Source: an uncultured Propionibacteriaceae bacterium
GTDB taxonomy: Bacteria; Actinomycetota; Actinomycetes; Propionibacteriales; Propionibacteriaceae
Direction of reading: 5' to 3'
DNA: 64,000 nt
Assembly: GCA_937926975.1 (NCBI GenBank)
Contig: CALBCJ010000032.1
Location: forward strand, 2,355 to 66,354
Position numbers and translations under genes: made by a program. Below the pieces are notes generated by a model, which worked only from the letters and a program-made list of their open reading frames with translations, had not been told where the DNA came from and did not search any database. Shown in pieces: positions 10,070-19,651 of this stretch (its first letter is position 1; each line of letters opens with the position of its first letter).

Positions 10070-10249
10070 ACGGGCTCCTCGCCTGGGGTACTCATCAGCA
10101 TAGGCGTTCCAGAGCCATGGCGCGCTGCTTCTCACGAGAACTCGTCAGCAGCCGGCTTGACGACTCGAGTGTGCCCGCCTGATCCGCAGGGGATGGTGAC
10201 GACTACCCGGAACAGCCCGTGACCTGCGTACGCCAAGGGGCGGCGCAGC

Positions 10250-11074
10250 TTGGCCGGTGCTGTGCCCACCGGCCACAATGGGGGGATGGCACCAGGAGAC
10301 AGCAGCGCAGAACAGCCGCACCAGCAGGGGGTGATCGCGGACACCGACCAGGCTGGGCCAGACCAGCCGGCCACACCCACACCTCGGCGCCGCGGGCCCG
10401 GGATCGCGATGGTCCTCGGCATTCTCCTGATCGCGGTCGGCCTGGCCACCCTGGGCTGGATGGGGTACCAGTACTTCGGCACCAACGGTCCGTCGAAGGA
10501 GGCCGCAGCCTCCGAGATCAGCCAGCTGGAGCAAGAGTGGTCCAGCGGCGCCCAGACTCCGGCCCCAGCTGCCAGCAGCCCGACGCAGGCGGGCACCCCC
10601 CAGGCCGGGCCGAGCTACAGCCAGGCCCAGCTCGACAAGGCGGTGGCGATCCTGCGGATTCCGGCGCTGGGCGAGACGTACAAGGTGCCGGTCATCAGCG
10701 GGGTCAGCGACTACGCCCTGGCCCGCGGCGTCGGCTGGTACCCCGGAACGGGACAGCCCGGGCAGGTCGGCAACTTCGCTCTGGCCGGCCACCGGGTCAC
10801 CCACGGTGAGCCGTTCGCCCGGCTCCTGGAGCTCAAGCAGGGCGACCAGGTGATCGTCGAGACCAAGACCCACGTCTACACGTACGTCCTGGACCAGGCG
10901 CCGTCGCAGGTGACCGTCAAGGACGTCGACACCTGGGTGCTGGACCCGGTCCCCGGCAAGAAGAACGCCACGCCCACCCAGGCCCTGATCACCCTCACCA
11001 CCTGCCAGGACCTGTTCCACTCGCCCGACCGGTCGGTGGGCTTCGGGCACCTGGTGGAGGCCAGGCAGAAGTAG
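10250..11074 (+). CDS. class E sortase
   Basis: N-terminal TM anchor, LAGHRVTHG and LITLTTC catalytic motifs. Start codon uncertain. Confidence 0.85.
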   Translation: MAGAVPTGHNGGMAPGDSSAEQPHQQGVIADTDQAGPDQPATPTPRRRGPGIAMVLGILLIAVGLATLGWMGYQYFGTNGPSKEAAASEISQLEQEWSSGAQTPAPAASSPTQAGTPQAGPSYSQAQLDKAVAILRIPALGETYKVPVISGVSDYALARGVGWYPGTGQPGQVGNFALAGHRVTHGEPFARLLELKQGDQVIVETKTHVYTYVLDQAPSQVTVKDVDTWVLDPVPGKKNATPTQALITLTTCQDLFHSPDRSVGFGHLVEARQK

Positions 11075-11084
11075 CGGCCTTAGG

Positions 11085-11633
11085 GTGACCAGCATGAGCG
11101 ACCGCGACACGCTGATCGACCTGATGACCCGGCTGGCTGTGGTCCGGGGAAAGGTCACCCTCTCCTCCGGGGCCGAGGCCGACTACTACGTTGACCTGCG
11201 GCGCGTGACGCTGGACGGCGCGGGCGGACCCGTGGTCGGGCGGGTGATGCGCGAGCTGACCCGGGACTGGGACTACCAGGCCGTGGGCGGGCTCACCCTC
11301 GGTGCCGACCCGGTGGCGACCAGCATGCTGCACGCCGCTGCCGCCGACGGGGAGCGGCTGGACGCCTTTGTGGTCCGCAAGCAGGGCAAGGCCCACGGGC
11401 TGCAGCGCCGCATCGAGGGACCGTCCATCGCCGGACGCCCGGTGCTGGTGGTCGAGGACACCTCCACCACCGGCGGCTCGGTGGCGACGGCGCTGGAGGC
11501 GGTCCTGGCCGAGGGAGCGCAGGTGGCCGGGGTTGCGGTGATCGTGGACCGCGGCACCGGGGCCCAGGAGCGGATCGAGGCCCTCGGCTACCCGTACCGG
11601 TACGCCCTGTCGCTGGCCGACCTGGGACTGTAG
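11085..11633 (+). CDS. pyrE: orotate phosphoribosyltransferase
   Basis: PRPP loop VLVVEDTSTTGGS and LSSGAEADYYVD motif. Confidence 0.9.
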   Translation: MTSMSDRDTLIDLMTRLAVVRGKVTLSSGAEADYYVDLRRVTLDGAGGPVVGRVMRELTRDWDYQAVGGLTLGADPVATSMLHAAAADGERLDAFVVRKQGKAHGLQRRIEGPSIAGRPVLVVEDTSTTGGSVATALEAVLAEGAQVAGVAVIVDRGTGAQERIEALGYPYRYALSLADLGL

Positions 11634-11697
11634 AGCCCGCCGCGGACCACCCGAGCGGTTAGTCTGAACCACGTCCCTCAGACACGGAGGTAGCTCA

Positions 11698-12537
11698 ATG
11701 GGTGGTGGGCCCGTCATCATCGTCCTGGTCGTCGTCGTCCTGATCCTGGTCGCGCTGGCGGCCTACGGCATCAGCGCGTACAACTCGCTGGTGCGGCAGC
11801 GCAACCTGGTCGAGGAGTCCTGGCGCCAGGTGGACGTCGAGATGAACCGTCGCTATGACCTGATCCCGAACCTGGTCGAGACCGTCAAGGGCTACGCCAA
11901 GCACGAGAGCGGGACCCTGGAGTCGGTGGTGAAGCTCCGCAACCAGGCGGTCTCGCTGGCCGGTGGGGCGACTGCCAGCCAGGACCGGGCCGGGGTAGAG
12001 GAGCAGCTGACCGGGGCGATCCGCCAGCTGATGGTGACCGTCGAGGCGTACCCGGACCTCAAGGCGAACAGCAACTTTGTCGAGCTGCAGCGCCAGCTCA
12101 CCGAGACCGAGGACCGGATCGCGGCCGGGAGGCGCTACTACAACGCCAACGTCCGCAACTACAACACCCGCATCGAGTCCTTCCCCACCAACCTGATCGC
12201 CAACATGGGTGGGTTCCGGCGGGCCACGTACTTCGAGGTCAACGACGCCGCCGTGCGGCAGGCGCCGACGGTGAGCTTCGACCAGGCTCCGGCCGTGACG
12301 CCGAGAACCGACGAGACCCCGGCGATCAGCGCGTACGAGTCGCCGAACTTCTCGGTCCGCTCCGGGACCCAGGACAGCGTCGCCGCCCAGACCGACCCGG
12401 CCCAGGCCGGCGGCACCCAGTTCGGCTACCAGCCGGCCGAGCAGCCGGTGACCCCGCCGCAGCAGGCAGCGCCCGGGTACGGGCAGGCCGCCCCGCCGTA
12501 CGGGCAGGGCGGCAGCGGCTACGGCCAGCAGGTCTGA
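11698..12537 (+). CDS. LemA family protein with low-complexity C-terminal tail
   Basis: N-terminal TM, NRRYDLIPNLVETVKGYAKHE and AGRRYYNANVRNYN LemA blocks. C-terminal Q/P/G/Y-rich extension. Confidence 0.85.
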   Translation: MGGGPVIIVLVVVVLILVALAAYGISAYNSLVRQRNLVEESWRQVDVEMNRRYDLIPNLVETVKGYAKHESGTLESVVKLRNQAVSLAGGATASQDRAGVEEQLTGAIRQLMVTVEAYPDLKANSNFVELQRQLTETEDRIAAGRRYYNANVRNYNTRIESFPTNLIANMGGFRRATYFEVNDAAVRQAPTVSFDQAPAVTPRTDETPAISAYESPNFSVRSGTQDSVAAQTDPAQAGGTQFGYQPAEQPVTPPQQAAPGYGQAAPPYGQGGSGYGQQV

Positions 12538-12658
12538 GGTCGGACCTGGACGGCGGCAGGCAGAAGACAGCGCACCCCGAGCTCGGCTACCGGGAGCAGC
12601 GCGCACGAGCGCCGCGGCGTTGAAGGCCCCTGGGGCACTCGTCTCCAGGCCGCGGGCC

Positions 12659-13378
12659 TCAGCTCGGGTCGGCCGGGAGGACCGCCTTCTCCTGCCGACG
12701 GTGGTTGAGGTACTCGATGATCATCGGCAGCAGCGAGACCAGCACGATCAGGACCAGGGCGGCGTCGATGTTCTCCCGGATGAAGGTGATCTGCCCCAGG
12801 AAGTAGCCCATCAGGGTCACCAGCACCACCCACAGCACGCCGCCGACGGCGGTGTAGGTGATGAACTGCCGGAAGCTCATCTTGGCGACCCCGGCCACCA
12901 AGGTCACGAAGGTCCGCACCAGCGGCACGAACCGGGCCAGGATCAGGGCCCGGTTGCCGTACTTCTCGAAGAAGTCGTGGGTCTTGTCGACGTACACCGG
13001 GTTGAACAGCTTGCGGCCCACCCAGGAGGTGCGGGGCTTGAAGATCGGCGGCCCGATGACTCTCCCGATCCAGTAGCCGGAGATGTTCCCGAGGATGGCG
13101 GCGAGGACCAAGGTGACGAAGACCACGACCATCGTCGTCCCCACCGAGCCGCCGTACGAGATCACCGCGGTGCCGGCGCCGGTGTGGACCGCCATGAACA
13201 TGCCGACGGTGAACAGCAGGGAGTCGCCGGGCAGGATCGAGAAGATCCCGCACTCGGCGAAGATGATCAGCGCTACGACGGGTAGCGTCCAGGGTCCAGC
13301 CTTCTCAATGATGTAGGCGGGATCGAGCCAGTCAGGCATCAGCAGGGGCGTCAGGGCCAGGGCGGCGGTTGGCGTCAC
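12659..13378 (-). CDS. DedA family membrane protein
   Basis: PGDSLLFTVG and ARFVPLVRTF motifs. An alternative start at 13339 is possible. Confidence 0.85.
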   Translation of the reverse strand: MTPTAALALTPLLMPDWLDPAYIIEKAGPWTLPVVALIIFAECGIFSILPGDSLLFTVGMFMAVHTGAGTAVISYGGSVGTTMVVVFVTLVLAAILGNISGYWIGRVIGPPIFKPRTSWVGRKLFNPVYVDKTHDFFEKYGNRALILARFVPLVRTFVTLVAGVAKMSFRQFITYTAVGGVLWVVLVTLMGYFLGQITFIRENIDAALVLIVLVSLLPMIIEYLNHRRQEKAVLPADPS

Positions 13379-13401
13379 CCGGACAGGGTAGCGTCACCAC
13401 C

Positions 13402-14067
13402 ATGACCGCTTCGGACGGTTCCGTTGAGCCCGGCGACTCGCCCTACCCCCCGTACGCGGAGGCTGGCGTCGGACCGCACCCCGAGCCCTGGCCCAGCGGC
13501 GACCAGTACGACCCGCAGCTGCTCGCTGCCGGCGACCGGCGCAACGTCGCCGACCACTACCGCTACTGGACTGTGGCTGCGATCGTTGCCGACCTCGACA
13601 CCCGCCGGCGCCCGCTGCACGTGGCGATCGAGAACTGGGAGCACGACTTCAACATCGGCTCGATCGTGCGGACCGCGAACGCCTTCAACGTGGCTGGTGT
13701 CCACATTGTGGGCAGGCGTCGGTGGAACAAACGGGGAGCCCTGGTGACCGACCGCTACCTGCGGGTCTGGCACCACCGCGATGCCGCCGAGCTGGCCGAC
13801 TGGGTGGCGCAGCGCCAGATCGAGCTGGTCGGGGTGGACAACACCCCCGGGTCGGTGCCGCTGGAGACCACCGAGCTGCCGCAGCAGGTGTGCCTGCTGC
13901 TCGGCTCCGAGGGGCCCGGGCTGAGCGAGCTCGCCAGCCGGCTCTGCTCCCGTACGGTGGCGATCAGCCAGGCCGGCTCCACCCGGTCCATAAACGCCGG
14001 CGCGGCGGCCGCGATCGCCATGTACCACTGGGCGCTGCGGTGGGCTGAGCCCGGCGCGGGCGGCTGA
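13402..14067 (+). CDS. TrmH/SpoU family RNA 2'-O-methyltransferase
   Basis: NIGSIVRTANAF, LLLGSEGPGLS and SINAGAAAAIAMY motifs. An ORF-track start at 13369 would overlap DedA. Confidence 0.8.
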   Translation: MTASDGSVEPGDSPYPPYAEAGVGPHPEPWPSGDQYDPQLLAAGDRRNVADHYRYWTVAAIVADLDTRRRPLHVAIENWEHDFNIGSIVRTANAFNVAGVHIVGRRRWNKRGALVTDRYLRVWHHRDAAELADWVAQRQIELVGVDNTPGSVPLETTELPQQVCLLLGSEGPGLSELASRLCSRTVAISQAGSTRSINAGAAAAIAMYHWALRWAEPGAGG

Positions 14068-14084
14068 GCCGTACCATTCCAGCC

Positions 14085-14612
14085 ATGGAGGCAGAGCTCG
14101 TCGTCGGGTACAACCCTCTCCCCGCCGCCGAACGGGTTGCCCACTACCGCCAGGCGGTCCGCTCTCGCCTGGTCTGGCTCCTGGTCGGCCTGGTGGTCGT
14201 GATGGTGATATACGTCTGGCAGCGTGACGTCCTGGACGCGGTGGCGACGGCGCTGCTGTTCGTCGTCGGACTGGGCTTCGCGGTGGCCTGGCTGGCACTG
14301 TCGACGGTCCAGTGGTGGCTCGCGAGGCGCCAGCTGTCACGAGTGAACACCGTCCAGGGGGTGGCGCTGCGGATCTCGGTCGAGGGGATCGAGATCGCCG
14401 ACCGGCAGCTGCCGTGGGAGAGCATCGCCCGGGTGCACACCGCGAAGGGGCCGCCCGGGGCCGGGGTGCAGCTGGCGGTTACCGACAGCGAGGGCCAGAC
14501 CTCGACCGTACCGCTGACCTACCTCGACTCGATGCCGGGAACGCTGGACTCGGCCGTCCGGGCGTACTCGGGGGGCCGGCGCTGGCTCGATACCAGCGGG
14601 CTGGGCAACTGA
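14085..14612 (+). CDS. hypothetical membrane protein (two TM plus PH-like C-terminal domain)
   Basis: Open frame with genome-typical codon bias and two hydrophobic helices. No family recognised with certainty. Confidence 0.5.
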   Translation: MEAELVVGYNPLPAAERVAHYRQAVRSRLVWLLVGLVVVMVIYVWQRDVLDAVATALLFVVGLGFAVAWLALSTVQWWLARRQLSRVNTVQGVALRISVEGIEIADRQLPWESIARVHTAKGPPGAGVQLAVTDSEGQTSTVPLTYLDSMPGTLDSAVRAYSGGRRWLDTSGLGN

Positions 14613-14687
14613 CAACATCCGGTCCGGTGCTGCCATCTGCGCCGGTCTTTGACACACTGGCCAGTGACCACTCGTTCTGGAGGACAC

Positions 14688-15713
<1,026 letters not shown>

Positions 15714-15722
15714 CGCTCTGCT

Positions 15723-15756
15723 CACTGGCCCGGGCTCGCTGGGGTCCGGGCCAGTG
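15723..15756 (+). terminator. hairpin after fbaA
   Basis: Perfect 11-bp inverted repeat CACTGGCCCGG / CCGGGCCAGTG with a 12-nt loop, 10 nt after the stop. No U tract. Confidence 0.4.
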
Positions 15757-15828
15757 GCGTGCCTGGTGCTCGCTGTGGCCCCGGCGGGCGTGCCAGGATG
15801 GCACCAGCCGAGGAAGGGAGAGATCCTG

Positions 15829-16020
15829 ATGGGAATGTTCGACGAGCTGAAGGACAAGGCCACCGAGGCCGCTCAGGAGGCGCTGGCGGACGAGGCGAAG
15901 ACCGACGCCGTGCTGGACCAGGCCCGTGACTTTGCCAACGAGAAGACCGGCGGCAAGTTCGAGGGCCAGATCAACCAGGTCCGCGACCTGGTCGACGGGC
16001 AGGTCGGCGACAAGGCCTGA
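15829..16020 (+). CDS. small MT0933/Rv0909-like (antitoxin-annotated family) protein
   Basis: GMFDELKDKA...GKFEGQINQVRDLVDGQVG resembles the conserved small actinobacterial family. GGAAGGGAG RBS upstream. Confidence 0.6.
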   Translation: MGMFDELKDKATEAAQEALADEAKTDAVLDQARDFANEKTGGKFEGQINQVRDLVDGQVGDKA

Positions 16021-16032
16021 CCCCCGAGCGAC

Positions 16033-16061
16033 GGCCCCGGCGCCCTGGTGGTGCCGGGGCC
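16033..16061. terminator. bidirectional hairpin between convergent genes
   Basis: GGCCCCGGC / GCCGGGGCC 9-bp inverted repeat with an 11-nt loop. Confidence 0.4.
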
Positions 16062-16086
16062 GGGCTGTGTCTTGGGTGCAGCCGGG

Positions 16087-16281
16087 TCAGCTGGGGTGCG
16101 CGGCGCGCTCGGCACTGACCTCGGGGTGGACACTGCCGTCCGCGTCGCGCGGGGTCCAGGCCTGGCTGGCCACCCACTCGGAGCGGCAGCCGCCGCACCG
16201 GAACAGCCGGTAGCCCTCCCGTACCTCCTTGGTGGGCCGCCAGTGGCAGGCACCGACACAGTCGTTGTGAGCGAGATCCAT
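16087..16281 (-). CDS. small Cys-rich (zinc-ribbon-like) hypothetical protein
   Basis: 64 aa from the ATG at 16281. Cysteines are arranged Cx3C ... CxxC. The longer ORF-track version has an implausible N-terminus. Confidence 0.4.
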   Translation of the reverse strand: MDLAHNDCVGACHWRPTKEVREGYRLFRCGGCRSEWVASQAWTPRDADGSVHPEVSAERAAHPS

Positions 16282-16436
16282 GACGCTAGCCTGCCACCGG
16301 TTCTGGGCACCAGGCGGGCGGGTACGCCAGCAGGTGGGACGTTTCCAGAGCTCACCGTGGCCAGTGCCCGACTCCTCGGTGACCAGCAGCTGGCTCGCGG
16401 CGGCACAGACAGCCGAGACCGCGCCCACAAGGCGTA

Positions 16437-16466
16437 TTGTCAAGCCTCTTTGGGAGGGGTTAGCGT
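16437..16466 (+). promoter_or_regulatory. candidate promoter of bacteriocin gene A
   Basis: TTGTCA, 18 nt spacer, TAGCGT. The same arrangement is conserved upstream of gene B. Confidence 0.45.
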
Positions 16467-16470
16467 GAAG

Positions 16471-16493
16471 GGTCAAGGCTATCGGCCTTGACC
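16471..16493 (+). promoter_or_regulatory. 5' leader hairpin or operator (GGTCAAGGC-N5-GCCTTGACC)
   Basis: Perfect 9-bp inverted repeat beginning about where transcription would start. Conserved in copy B. Confidence 0.5.
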
Positions 16494-16522
16494 GGGGGGC
16501 GTTCGATGGAGAGGAGAAGACT

Positions 16523-16834
16523 ATGTCCGGACGAGTTCGCAGGTCGTTGACGGGAGTCGCTCTGGCAGCCGCCCTGACCGTGAGTCTCGCCCCAGCGGCG
16601 CAGGCGACGGTGCGTCACGTGGGAGGCGGCACCTGGGACTACGGCATCGCGAGCCTTCGCCCCTCGTGGAACTGGTCGAACTACCACCACCCCAGCCGGC
16701 GGCACAGGTCGAGCGTCACAGGGGACGGGCTCCTTGTCTCCTCTAGGTGCACCGCGCCGGGAGAGTGGAGCCGGTCTCGGGCCTGGGACAGCAGACCGTG
16801 GGTCATCGACGAGGCCTTCTGGACGTACTGCTGA
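16523..16834 (+). CDS. lactococcin 972 family bacteriocin precursor, copy A
   Basis: Sec signal ending AAQA, then VGGGTWDYG...WSNYHHPSRRHRSSV, matching the GTW..G...SNY.H....H.S.V core of Lcn972. Confidence 0.8.
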   Translation: MSGRVRRSLTGVALAAALTVSLAPAAQATVRHVGGGTWDYGIASLRPSWNWSNYHHPSRRHRSSVTGDGLLVSSRCTAPGEWSRSRAWDSRPWVIDEAFWTYC

Positions 16835-16853
16835 CCTGCTGAGGCTGACAGGA

Positions 16854-16885
16854 GCGGGGGTGCGGTCCTCGCGGCCGCGCCCCGC
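16854..16885 (+). terminator. imperfect GC hairpin after bacteriocin gene A
   Basis: GCGGGG...CCCCGC with an internal GCGG/CCGC pairing. Positionally equivalent to the hairpin after gene B. Confidence 0.35.
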
Positions 16886-17209
16886 GCACCTAGCCAGGAG
16901 GCTATTCGCGTGCCTGGTCTCGTGGCTGGCCCGGCGGCACCGAGAGGGGAAGAACGTCTTTGCGGGTCTGCTGCGACCACCGGCGCTGGGTGCCGAGGCG
17001 GCCATCTCCAGCCAGCGAGGCGGGTAGTGTGATCGCGACTCTGGATGGTCGCAGCGGCGATCTGTAGCGACCTGCGAGGCGCACCGGGAGCCGGGGCCAG
17101 ACTGGTGCGGGCTCCGGCGGCTGATCGGGACTGGTGACCTGGAACTGCTCCAGGTCACACCTGTGGCGGGGCTGCTCGGTCTCGGGTCAACAGCTTTCTC
17201 GCGAAGGTA

Positions 17210-17238
17210 TTGTCAACCCTCTTCGGAAGGTCTAGTGT
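17210..17238 (+). promoter_or_regulatory. candidate promoter of bacteriocin gene B
   Basis: TTGTCA, 17 nt spacer, TAGTGT. Duplicated copy of 16437..16466. Confidence 0.45.
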
Positions 17239-17243
17239 GAGGG

Positions 17244-17265
17244 GTCAAGGCTAATCGGCCTTGAC
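17244..17265 (+). promoter_or_regulatory. 5' leader hairpin or operator, copy B
   Basis: GTCAAGGC-N6-GCCTTGAC inverted repeat. Confidence 0.5.
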
Positions 17266-17295
17266 TGGGGGGCGCTCGATGGAGAGGAGAGGGCT

Positions 17296-17607
17296 ATGTC
17301 CAGACGAGTTCGCAGGTCGTTGGTGGGAGCCGTTCTGGCAGCCGCGCTGGCCGTGGGTGTCGCCCCAGCGGCGCAGGCGACGGTAGTTCACGTGGGAGGC
17401 GGCACCTGGAACTACGGTGTCGAGAGCATCTTCCCCTCGTGGAACTGGTCCGACTACTACCACCCCAGCCGGCGGCACAGGTCGAGCGTGACCGGTGACC
17501 AGGGGCTCGTCCGGTCCAGGTGCACTGCGCCGGGGCAGTGGAGCCGGGTTCGGGCCTGGGACAGCAACCCGTTCCGCATCGACCACGCTTACTGGTCGTA
17601 CTGCTGA
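17296..17607 (+). CDS. lactococcin 972 family bacteriocin precursor, copy B
   Basis: Roughly 70% identical to copy A, with the same signal peptide, GGGTWNYG and SDYYHPSRRHRSSV blocks and the same two Cys positions. Confidence 0.8.
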   Translation: MSRRVRRSLVGAVLAAALAVGVAPAAQATVVHVGGGTWNYGVESIFPSWNWSDYYHPSRRHRSSVTGDQGLVRSRCTAPGQWSRVRAWDSNPFRIDHAYWSYC

Positions 17608-17612
17608 CAGGA

Positions 17613-17642
17613 GCGGGGTGCGGCTGGACGGCCGTACCCCGC
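17613..17642 (+). terminator. 12-bp stem hairpin between bacteriocin gene B and the membrane-protein gene
   Basis: GCGGGGTGCGGC / GCCGTACCCCGC with a 6-nt loop. Likely an attenuator or transcript stabiliser inside the operon. Confidence 0.5.
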
Positions 17643-17668
17643 ACACCCCCACCTGAGAGGAGGTCCTC

Positions 17669-19651
17669 GTGCAGAGGGCGAGCCGGCTGGCATACCTGAT
17701 TCTCCTGAGCTACTCGTGCCTACTGGCTGGGCTGGTCGTCCAGCGGGTCGACGAGTTCGCGCCCCTGGGCGGCGACTGGGTCCTGCAGGTTTCCGGCGAG
17801 CTGAACGCACCAGCCGCCGAGATTACGGCGGCGCTACGGCAGGCGGCTACCGAGCAAGGGGCAGCGCTGGTGCAGATCGAGAGCGACATCCGCGACCCGG
17901 GCGGGCTTCGGCACGCGCACGTGGTCGCTGCCCCGGCCGGGTCGGAGCCGACCCGGTGGCTCGAGTCCGGCTACCCAGCCTTCTCGCGGCGGATGCGGAC
18001 CGAGATGCACCCGGAGGCCGCCCCTGACCCGCGCGGCTTCTACCTGGTCTTCGGTAGTGAGGCGGCCCTAGCCCAGCTGAGCGACGTGATGCGCGCTCAC
18101 GGTCTGGTAGCTCACACCCAGGCCTTCTACGAGCCAACCGCGTTCATCCCGTGGCTGATGCTGCGGCCACTGGGGTACAGCCTGGTGATCATGACCTTGC
18201 TCTGCGCCCTGCTGGTCGGGGTGAGCGTGGTCCTGGATGTGCTGCGGTACGCGGTGCAGCGGCTGCACGGGGCCGGGTTCGGCAGGCTCGTGCTCGGTGA
18301 CCTGCTCGGCGCCGGCCGCTTCCTTCTGGTCGCGGCCCCGGCGGTCTGGGCCGGAGCCGGAGTGATCCTCTGGGCCTACAACGGTGGGCACCACGGTCTG
18401 GCGGTCGCCGGCTGGGCGGCCTGCTTCACGCTCGCCATGGCGGTGGTGGTGGCTGTGGCCCACCTGGTCGCCCTGGTCACCGTGACCAAGCTGGCGATCC
18501 TGGAGTCGCTCAAGGGCAAGGTGATGACGTCGTGGGGGATGGCGCTGGTGTACGGGATCCGGGTCCCGGCTGCGGTGCTGGCGGCGTCCACCCTGGTGGT
18601 GCTGTGGGGCCAGGCCGTCCAGCTGCACGCGTACGACCGAGCCCGGGCCGCCTGGGCCGCCGCTTCTGACACCGTCTCCATCGGCTTCAGTGCCCGGGTC
18701 GGTGTCGAGGAGCAGGACCGGCTGTCGCTCGAGGTTGGGAGGTGGCTGGTGGCGGAGGAGCAGGCCGGCCGGACGATCCTGTGCCACCAGGAGCAGCTGA
18801 CAGACCTGGCGGGGTCGGCAGACCGACCCCTGCTGCTGGTGAACGACGCCTACCTTCGCCGGCACGAGGTGCTCGACGAGCACGGGACCCCAATCCGCTC
18901 AGCCCCCCCGGGACAGGTGCTGGTCCTGGTGCCGACGGCACTCGCCGCCCACACTGACCAGGTCCGAGACAGAGTCGCGGGCAGCCTCCTGGAACCGGAC
19001 GTGAACGTCGTGACTGGCCAGACCCGCGACGGGCAGAGCCTGTTCCGGTACGGGGCGGTCCGCCTCCGCAACCTGGACGCCTTCGCCGTCGACCCGATCG
19101 TGGTCGTCGCCAACAGCACGACCGGCGCGATCCGGCTGGGCGACTACATGTCCTATGCCAGTCAGGGCGGGGTCCTGCTGACCGACTGGGAGACCAGCGC
19201 CAGGGCAGCCAACGACTACGGACTGGCCAGCTTCATCCTGGCCTACACTCCCGTCTCGCGAGACGCGGCCAAGGTCCTGGCCGAGGAGGTGCGCGAGCTG
19301 CGGGTCACTGCGACCAGTGAGATGGTGGCGGTGGTGGTCCTGGTGGCGACGGCGATCGGGGCGGCCACCCTCTACACCCGGTCCCGTTACCAGCGGACCT
19401 TCGTGCGCTACCTCAGCGGCTGGACGTTCGCCGCGACCCACCGGCTGCTGCTGGTGGTGGAGCTGGGGGTCGTGCTGCTCGTGGTCGGGACTGGGATTGT
19501 CTGGGCCCACATCCATTCGAAGTGGGAGCCGATCAGCCCCTGGACTGTGCCCTCGGTCGCCGGGCTGGGACTGGCTGGTTTCGGGGTTGTGGTGGTGGCG
19601 CTGGCGGTGGTGGCGCGGCGTCTGGTTCGTACTCGTTCGTCGGAGGCATGA
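17669..19651 (+). CDS. bacteriocin-associated integral membrane protein (Lcn972 ORF2-like, DUF1430/FtsX-like)
   Basis: 660 aa with an N-terminal TM, a large extracytoplasmic domain and two clusters of TM helices. Its position between Lcn972-type genes and the ABC ATPase mirrors the lactococcal operon. Confidence 0.75.
   Translation: MQRASRLAYLILLSYSCLLAGLVVQRVDEFAPLGGDWVLQVSGELNAPAAEITAALRQAATEQGAALVQIESDIRDPGGLRHAHVVAAPAGSEPTRWLESGYPAFSRRMRTEMHPEAAPDPRGFYLVFGSEAALAQLSDVMRAHGLVAHTQAFYEPTAFIPWLMLRPLGYSLVIMTLLCALLVGVSVVLDVLRYAVQRLHGAGFGRLVLGDLLGAGRFLLVAAPAVWAGAGVILWAYNGGHHGLAVAGWAACFTLAMAVVVAVAHLVALVTVTKLAILESLKGKVMTSWGMALVYGIRVPAAVLAASTLVVLWGQAVQLHAYDRARAAWAAASDTVSIGFSARVGVEEQDRLSLEVGRWLVAEEQAGRTILCHQEQLTDLAGSADRPLLLVNDAYLRRHEVLDEHGTPIRSAPPGQVLVLVPTALAAHTDQVRDRVAGSLLEPDVNVVTGQTRDGQSLFRYGAVRLRNLDAFAVDPIVVVANSTTGAIRLGDYMSYASQGGVLLTDWETSARAANDYGLASFILAYTPVSRDAAKVLAEEVRELRVTATSEMVAVVVLVATAIGAATLYTRSRYQRTFVRYLSGWTFAATHRLLLVVELGVVLLVVGTGIVWAHIHSKWEPISPWTVPSVAGLGLAGFGVVVVALAVVARRLVRTRSSEA

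Noticed and set aside
16909-17028. 39-codon ORF with AGGAGG-N8-GTG after bacteriocin gene A, considered as a third peptide or a remnant of an immunity gene
   Set aside because: No similarity to either bacteriocin or to the start of 17669..19651, no signal peptide and no conservation in the duplicated copy.
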